Shown here piece by piece: positions 58,409-64,000 of a stretch of DNA of 64,000 nucleotides (within the stretch, counting starts at the first letter, position 1; each line of letters starts with the position of its first letter). Position numbers and translations under genes: made by a program. The DNA lies in assembly GCA_002245135.1 (NCBI GenBank), contig NGBS01000331.1, positions 1 through 64,000 of the forward strand. The letters are read 5' to 3'. The notes beneath the pieces were generated by a model, which worked only from the letters and a program-made list of their open reading frames with translations, made no database searches and was not told where the DNA came from. The DNA is from Proteromonas lacertae. Lineage: Eukaryota.

Positions 58409-59581
58409 ATGCCAGCAGACAGAGTCAAACAACCAACCAATTCAGAATTATGCTCTCAGCTCCCATTAAAGGGACAGGCTTATGAGTTCTATCAGAAAGT
58501 GAGTCGTAATATCCAGCATTTAAAGTCATTTTGCGATGAAATATATATTCAAAGTTTGGCTTATGATGACAGCAAAAAATCAAAGAAGAAGCAAAGTCCA
58601 CCACAATTCAACTATATCGAATTAGAGAAGTCAGCTACAGCAGTTTATTATTTTTTTTCATGTAAGTTTGATAATCAGAAGTTAATTCCCATCAAACATC
58701 TAGAGACATTAGATCAAAATGAGTATATGAATTTATACTTTAGTGACGATGAGATGAAGAGTATAGTAAAACCAAATGTAAAACCGATTAAACCTTTTAT
58801 TCAACCTCAGTTAAAACAACAACAACAACCACAACAAGAACCACCACCACCAACTGTACCTCAAAAACCTAAAAGAGTTTATAAAAGAAGAACTGATACT
58901 GTAAAGAAACCTAAAACAAAAGCAGTTATTGATAGTGATAATGAATTAATCCATTTAAAGAAAAGAAAGATTATTAAGGATTCTGATTTTGTTGACGAAC
59001 CAATGGGTATAATTGTGAAAGATACTGAATCAAGAACATCTGCTGATGATTTATTAAGTAGCCAAAGTCCTACCTTTACACCTCCAATGTCACCAAGGTC
59101 TGATTCTACACTTCTTGATGTTACTAATATTGATATACTTGATGCTGAATTGAAGTATTTTAATGCTGAAATAACTAAAAAAGATGAAGAAAAACAAAAA
59201 GAGATAGAAGAGAAAATTAAACATCAAGATGCAGAGAGAAAGAAACAAGAAGATGAAGAAAAAAAGAAAAAACAACAAGAAGAAGAAAGAGTTAGAAAAT
59301 TACAAGAAGTAGCAGAGAGAAAAAGAAAACAAGAAGAAGCAGAAAAGAAAAGAAAAGAAGAATTAGTTGTTATTAGAATGCTTCAAGAAGAAGAGAATAT
59401 GAGACAACAAGAAGAGTTAAGAAAGAAATGGGTATTAGAACAAAAGAGACAAATGGAAGAAAAGATGAAAAAAGAAAACGATGAATTAGAAAAGAAAATG
59501 GAAGAAGAGTTTAAGAAGAGAATAGAAGAAGAGAAAAGAAAGAAAGCTGAAGAGTTTGAGAAGATGATGAAGAACTTATAA
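58409..59581 (+). CDS. Hypothetical protein with long E/K coiled coil
   Basis: 390-aa ORF. Confidence 0.8.
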   Translation: MPADRVKQPTNSELCSQLPLKGQAYEFYQKVSRNIQHLKSFCDEIYIQSLAYDDSKKSKKKQSPPQFNYIELEKSATAVYYFFSCKFDNQKLIPIKHLETLDQNEYMNLYFSDDEMKSIVKPNVKPIKPFIQPQLKQQQQPQQEPPPPTVPQKPKRVYKRRTDTVKKPKTKAVIDSDNELIHLKKRKIIKDSDFVDEPMGIIVKDTESRTSADDLLSSQSPTFTPPMSPRSDSTLLDVTNIDILDAELKYFNAEITKKDEEKQKEIEEKIKHQDAERKKQEDEEKKKKQQEEERVRKLQEVAERKRKQEEAEKKRKEELVVIRMLQEEENMRQQEELRKKWVLEQKRQMEEKMKKENDELEKKMEEEFKKRIEEEKRKKAEEFEKMMKNL

Positions 59582-59751
59582 GTATTAATATATACTTTAA
59601 ATTTGTCTGGTTTATGCTTTAATCCATATACTTGAAAAAAGCACTTTGAATTCATTACTTTGATAAAAATTGGTGTTTGTTTAATATGTAAAAAATAACA
59701 TAAATAAAAAACATAAAAAATTATACGAAATCATTAAATAGCGAATTTTTC

Positions 59752-60879
59752 TTATATGCTCTCATATCTACTTTTTCTGCCTTCTGGTACTGGTTGAATA
59801 TCTGGTTCTATAGGTTGTGCTTCATTATTTATACTATGAATTTGTCTTAATCTAAACTTACCATTTGTTGTAATACTATTAACTGGTACTCTTTTAATTT
59901 CATGTGATTTGAATCTATATGAACCTATATCTCTAGGATTAAATTCTTTAGGTATTGTTCCATCCAAGTTCTTAACAGAATATGAAAATGGTCCAACTTT
60001 GTGTATTTGGTATACTTTATCAGTATAATAAGTAGTTTTTTGAAGTTTGTTATCTCTACGTTCTTTTATTCTGACAAAATCATCAGCTTTAAAATGAGTA
60101 TCACTTTTACGCTTCTTTAAGTTTCTAGCATGGGATTCTTTATACAATCTATCTTGGACTTCAAAATCATTGAATACTTCATTTGGAGTTAGATTATTAA
60201 GTGCAGAATGTGGTTTTGCATTGTAATCATCTACAACAGTATATACTATATTACACAATGATTCCATATTGTTAATTTTATCAAATTCTTCATCAGAAAA
60301 TGTATTAATTTTTCTATAAAACATATCTTTAATAGTTCTCACACATCGATCCAATATTTTCATTATATCATGTTCATTGCGTTCTTTAAGTATAAATCGT
60401 ATATGATTTTTATTAAACAAATCTAAAAATTTCTTACCATAGATAATACCAGACTCTTCATCTGACAATATACTTCCTACAAAACGAGCGTTTTCATCCT
60501 TAGGTTGCATACCCTGATAAAACCATTTTTCAAACACTGGATACACATCATTTTCTGATTTAGATTTAACATAATATATCCAACACTTACGACTAACAAC
60601 TTCTATAATTAACAAAAATGGAACTTTTGTATTGTTGAAAAACACCAAATCTATTTGATATGACCCAGGTAACTTTTCAATTTCATATTTAATTCTATTC
60701 CTTTTAGTTGCAGTGATTTGATAATCTGGTTTAGACTCTACAAGTTCACTACTAGCTTTTTTAATGTCAGATTTTTTAAAGTTATTCTCAAGTTCATTTA
60801 CAGAGAAATTAATAAAGTCTCCTTTGTTTAAATAACCATATGTTTTGTATAACTCATTTATTTTATCTTGTAGTGACAT
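59752..60879 (-). CDS. Polinton-type rve integrase (intact)
   Basis: YQIDLVF, SRKCW, ILSDEES, LDRCVRTIK, YNAKPHSAL..TPNEV, FKADDFVR. Confidence 0.93.
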   Translation of the reverse strand: MSLQDKINELYKTYGYLNKGDFINFSVNELENNFKKSDIKKASSELVESKPDYQITATKRNRIKYEIEKLPGSYQIDLVFFNNTKVPFLLIIEVVSRKCWIYYVKSKSENDVYPVFEKWFYQGMQPKDENARFVGSILSDEESGIIYGKKFLDLFNKNHIRFILKERNEHDIMKILDRCVRTIKDMFYRKINTFSDEEFDKINNMESLCNIVYTVVDDYNAKPHSALNNLTPNEVFNDFEVQDRLYKESHARNLKKRKSDTHFKADDFVRIKERRDNKLQKTTYYTDKVYQIHKVGPFSYSVKNLDGTIPKEFNPRDIGSYRFKSHEIKRVPVNSITTNGKFRLRQIHSINNEAQPIEPDIQPVPEGRKSRYESI

Positions 60880-60947
60880 TCAAAACAATATATATAAAAA
60901 ATATGAATGATATATATTTAAAGAATTAATGAATTAAAATAATTAAA

Positions 60948-61721
60948 TCATTCTTCTACCTCTCCCAAATCCTTATCACTTAAACTGTTACCACCATTAC
61001 TAAAGTTAATAACTTTAGCAGCACTAATAAATTCATTACTAATTACTTTCTTAGCAGGGAATGGTCTACGAGTACTAATTAAATCACTATCTTCTATCTT
61101 AGTTCTCTTAATTCTGGGAGGTGAAACAAATTTGTTTTGATTAGCTTGTTCTTTCTTAATTTTCTTCTCATTACTTCTAATAGTTGTAGCTAAATCAGGG
61201 TTTTCATCATAACCAACAATATCACTACAAACTCTATGATTAACAAAGTTTTGAGTACCATTACTCTTAATAGAGATTTGATTATCAACAACACTTACAG
61301 CAATTTTACTACCAACATCAACATCAGATGGAACTCTATAGTTACTATTATCCCATATCATAATAGAATTGAAATTGTGGAAGTATTTAATACCATGTTG
61401 AGGTTCTCTACATCCTACACTAATCAAATATCCACGAATGATTTTTTCTATAAAGTCATTCTCGTTTCTATCATAAATTTGTTTCAATACATATTTCACT
61501 TCATCAGCTGAATATGTTTCAAAATCTCTTCCATTATTAATTACAACTTTATGATCCAAATCATGAACAAAAGTAATCAATACATATTGACTAGTTTTAG
61601 TAGGCTTAACTGTAATACTCTCAACAGTTCCTTTAATAATCCATTTGTTACATAACTTTGGATTCTTGTAGTAATCACTGAATTCTACATCGGTAGCTTC
61701 ATTGGGTGTTTCGTTACTCAT
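60948..61721 (-). CDS. Hypothetical protein, possibly ssDNA-binding
   Basis: Beta-rich IKGTVESI..K...YV pattern; divergent from pPolB; function inferred. Confidence 0.55.
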   Translation of the reverse strand: MSNETPNEATDVEFSDYYKNPKLCNKWIIKGTVESITVKPTKTSQYVLITFVHDLDHKVVINNGRDFETYSADEVKYVLKQIYDRNENDFIEKIIRGYLISVGCREPQHGIKYFHNFNSIMIWDNSNYRVPSDVDVGSKIAVSVVDNQISIKSNGTQNFVNHRVCSDIVGYDENPDLATTIRSNEKKIKKEQANQNKFVSPPRIKRTKIEDSDLISTRRPFPAKKVISNEFISAAKVINFSNGGNSLSDKDLGEVEE

Positions 61722-61805
61722 TTTATATAAGGGAGAGATGAAAATAAAAAATGATTAAAAAATGTCAAGAAAAATGAAAATGAAAATTTCTTTTTTTTTT
61801 AAAGT

Positions 61806-61882
61806 CGACCAATCAAATCATCCGACCAATCAAATTTCATATTTCCATTTTTGATTTATTTCGCGAATTCTGTCTATATATA
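61806..61882. promoter_or_regulatory. Putative bidirectional promoter
   Basis: CGACCAATCAAAT x2 (61806, 61823), TTTCGCGAA and TATATATA between divergent genes. Confidence 0.5.
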
Positions 61883-63934
61883 ATGAGCAAACATAAAAAG
61901 CTTTTAAAAGCATTTTTTAAGCTTCTAGAACAAACTTTTAATAAAAATAAACATCATAAGCATAAGCATCACCATCATCATAAACATAAACATACAAATG
62001 AACCACCACCACCAGAAGAAGCTCCAAAACGAAGATTAGCGCCATTATTTAGTACAGATGCTATTCAAAATAAAAAAAGATACAATAATGATATACCAAT
62101 AATCAGTGATACATTCTTTGGTGGATTAATGCCTTCTTCCCTACCAAAACCTAACCAAAATCAAAGATTTAATGATAGAATTCGTGATGCTAGAGAAGTT
62201 GATAAATCATCTCAAGGTGTTACCAGGAAATGGGTTTTCAATTATAACAATAGAAATTACAGTACTCCACAACAATGTTATCATGATGTTGTTAATAATA
62301 GTGATATCAAAGATATATTACATGAACTAGCTGATACTATGAATATGATCAAATTTTTCTTTATTGTACGTTCTGTTTATATACCTGATGAGTCTACTGA
62401 CAGTGATGATGAAGTTTCTATATTCAGTCGTAGTAGACTATGTGAAATAACAAAAATGTCTACTGTAGGTGAAATACAAAATATACTGGAGAATATATTT
62501 ACACAAATATCAGAAGATGATTCAAATCATCCTCAAAGTGGTCTTACTTTTGCTAGAGTAAATACTATAGAATTATATGTAACAAAATTTAAAGTGATAC
62601 GTGGAAGTAGTTTTATTGTTTTACCTGCTAAACTTCAAGGTCTTAGATGTTTAACAAATGTAATAAATGAAGATAATGAATGTTTTAAGTGGAGTGTACT
62701 ATGTTCATTATATTCTAATAATCTACAATGTAATAAAGATAAACCTGAAAAATACAAAATGTATGAAAAGAAACATGATTGGAGTATGTTAACATTCCCT
62801 GTTGATGCTACAGACAATGAATCTATTGATAAATTTGAAACAAAGAATCGACTAAATGTCAATATATTTTATATTGATATTGCTAAAGATAAAGAAGAAA
62901 TATTCTTACCCATTCATTTATCTAAACAAAAGAAATCTAAAAAATACAGCGTTGTAAATCTATTGCTAATAAAAAATGAAGATGGAAATTCACACTATGT
63001 GACAATAAATACCTTACCTGCTCTATTTAGAAAAATGATAAATAAAAAGAATAATACTAATAATATATTTGTGTGTCCATATTGTCTCTTCTATACTTAC
63101 GATGATGGATCCTTTAATAGTCACCAAATATATGACTGTCAAGATAAAGAGAATGTATTAAGATTATTCCCTGATAAAGATGATAAAGAAAAATCATATT
63201 TAAAATTTAGGCATTGGACTCACCTCCAAACATTGCCAGTTGTTATGTATTATGATACTGAAACTTATTTTGTACCTTATGATAATGAATTGAATTTAAG
63301 TAGATATAAATCTATGGAAGAAATAGATGATAATGATACTAGAATAGAATTATCAAAAACTGAACAATCTATTATGGCTAGACATAAGCTTTATTCCTAC
63401 TGTATCTATGTAGATAGTAAAATACCAGATATAAACAGTTTTACTGTGATTAAATATAAACAAAATGAGGATCATAATATTGAAAATGATTATGTATTGG
63501 ATATATTAAATATATATGATCAAATATGTACAGTTTACAATTATAGACTAAATAATCCTAAACCTTTTGATGGAGATGAAATAGCTAAGGATATACATAA
63601 TAAAAAGAGAAAATGTGACTTTTGTGGTAAACCATTTAATTCTATTGATCATGTAAAGGTACTTCACCATGATCATTTCACAGGCCATTATATTGCTTCA
63701 ATTGGTAGTAATGAGAATCTTAATATTGATATAAAAAAATTAAAAGTACCAATAATAGGTCATAATGCTATGAAATATGACCAGCATTTCATAGTAAAGG
63801 AATTAGCCAAATTTGCTGCAATAACTAATAGTCCACTCAATATTATACCTAATACAGATGAAAACTATAAGTGTATACAATACAAGAATTTGGTGTTTAT
63901 TGATAGTTATTTATTCTTAGCCTGGGTTGAATAA
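61883..63934 (+). CDS. Protein-primed family B DNA polymerase, N-terminal part (truncated)
   Basis: GSSFIVLP, NEDNECFKWSV, NLLLI..SHY, ExoI YYDTET, HDHFTG, ExoII HNAMKYDQHFI, FIDSYLFL. Polymerase motifs are absent and the sequence switches to GC-rich at ~63922. Confidence 0.92.
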   Translation: MSKHKKLLKAFFKLLEQTFNKNKHHKHKHHHHHKHKHTNEPPPPEEAPKRRLAPLFSTDAIQNKKRYNNDIPIISDTFFGGLMPSSLPKPNQNQRFNDRIRDAREVDKSSQGVTRKWVFNYNNRNYSTPQQCYHDVVNNSDIKDILHELADTMNMIKFFFIVRSVYIPDESTDSDDEVSIFSRSRLCEITKMSTVGEIQNILENIFTQISEDDSNHPQSGLTFARVNTIELYVTKFKVIRGSSFIVLPAKLQGLRCLTNVINEDNECFKWSVLCSLYSNNLQCNKDKPEKYKMYEKKHDWSMLTFPVDATDNESIDKFETKNRLNVNIFYIDIAKDKEEIFLPIHLSKQKKSKKYSVVNLLLIKNEDGNSHYVTINTLPALFRKMINKKNNTNNIFVCPYCLFYTYDDGSFNSHQIYDCQDKENVLRLFPDKDDKEKSYLKFRHWTHLQTLPVVMYYDTETYFVPYDNELNLSRYKSMEEIDDNDTRIELSKTEQSIMARHKLYSYCIYVDSKIPDINSFTVIKYKQNEDHNIENDYVLDILNIYDQICTVYNYRLNNPKPFDGDEIAKDIHNKKRKCDFCGKPFNSIDHVKVLHHDHFTGHYIASIGSNENLNIDIKKLKVPIIGHNAMKYDQHFIVKELAKFAAITNSPLNIIPNTDENYKCIQYKNLVFIDSYLFLAWVE

Positions 63935-64000
63935 TAAAGGGACAGGGCAGTGGCGGGACAAGGGCATGTCCCGGGCAAAAATTGAAAGGGGCGTCCTTTA

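Larger units (their letters stand above)
55180..63921. mobile_element. Second, truncated Polinton/Maverick
   Basis: ATPase fragment, integrase and pPolB genes; no TIRs or capsid genes visible; boundaries approximate. Confidence 0.85.

Noticed and set aside
59090..59655. Hydrophobic minus-strand ORFs (also 30699, 33779, 35959, 36945, 40080, 40700, 47493, 55697, 61236, 62635)
   Set aside because: Antisense shadows of better-supported genes.

Overview
Very AT-rich eukaryotic DNA, probably from a protist. It uses the standard code and has GT-AG introns of only 24-40 nt. (1) 1-27.1 kb is a tightly packed cluster of signal-anchored glycan-modifying genes: GT15, GT2-like, GT61, GT77, GT31, GT92, a fucosyltransferase-like gene and a TylF-type O-methyltransferase. 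Its first 18.9 kb is a near-perfect palindrome (arms 1-8551 and 10386-18931), and each arm carries a hAT element with an 8-bp TSD. (2) 28977-48384 is a fully delimited 19.4-kb endogenous Polinton-like virus with 246-bp TIRs and a 6-bp TSD (AGCTTG). It encodes minor and major capsid proteins, an A32-type packaging ATPase, an adenain-like protease at the end of a reconstructed ~1100-aa ORF, basic GG-motif core proteins (one adenovirus pVI-like), an rve integrase, two intron-containing terminal paralogues and putative Pol III hairpin RNAs. I can find no DNA polymerase or helicase in it. (3) 48.4-55.2 kb is a nest of foldback MITEs and hAT relics plus one more signal-anchored methyltransferase-like gene. 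(4) 55.2-63.9 kb is a second, truncated Polinton with an ATPase fragment, an intact integrase and the N-terminal part of a protein-primed PolB. It shares a 260-bp block with the first element. All family calls come from motifs read by eye; no searches were run.
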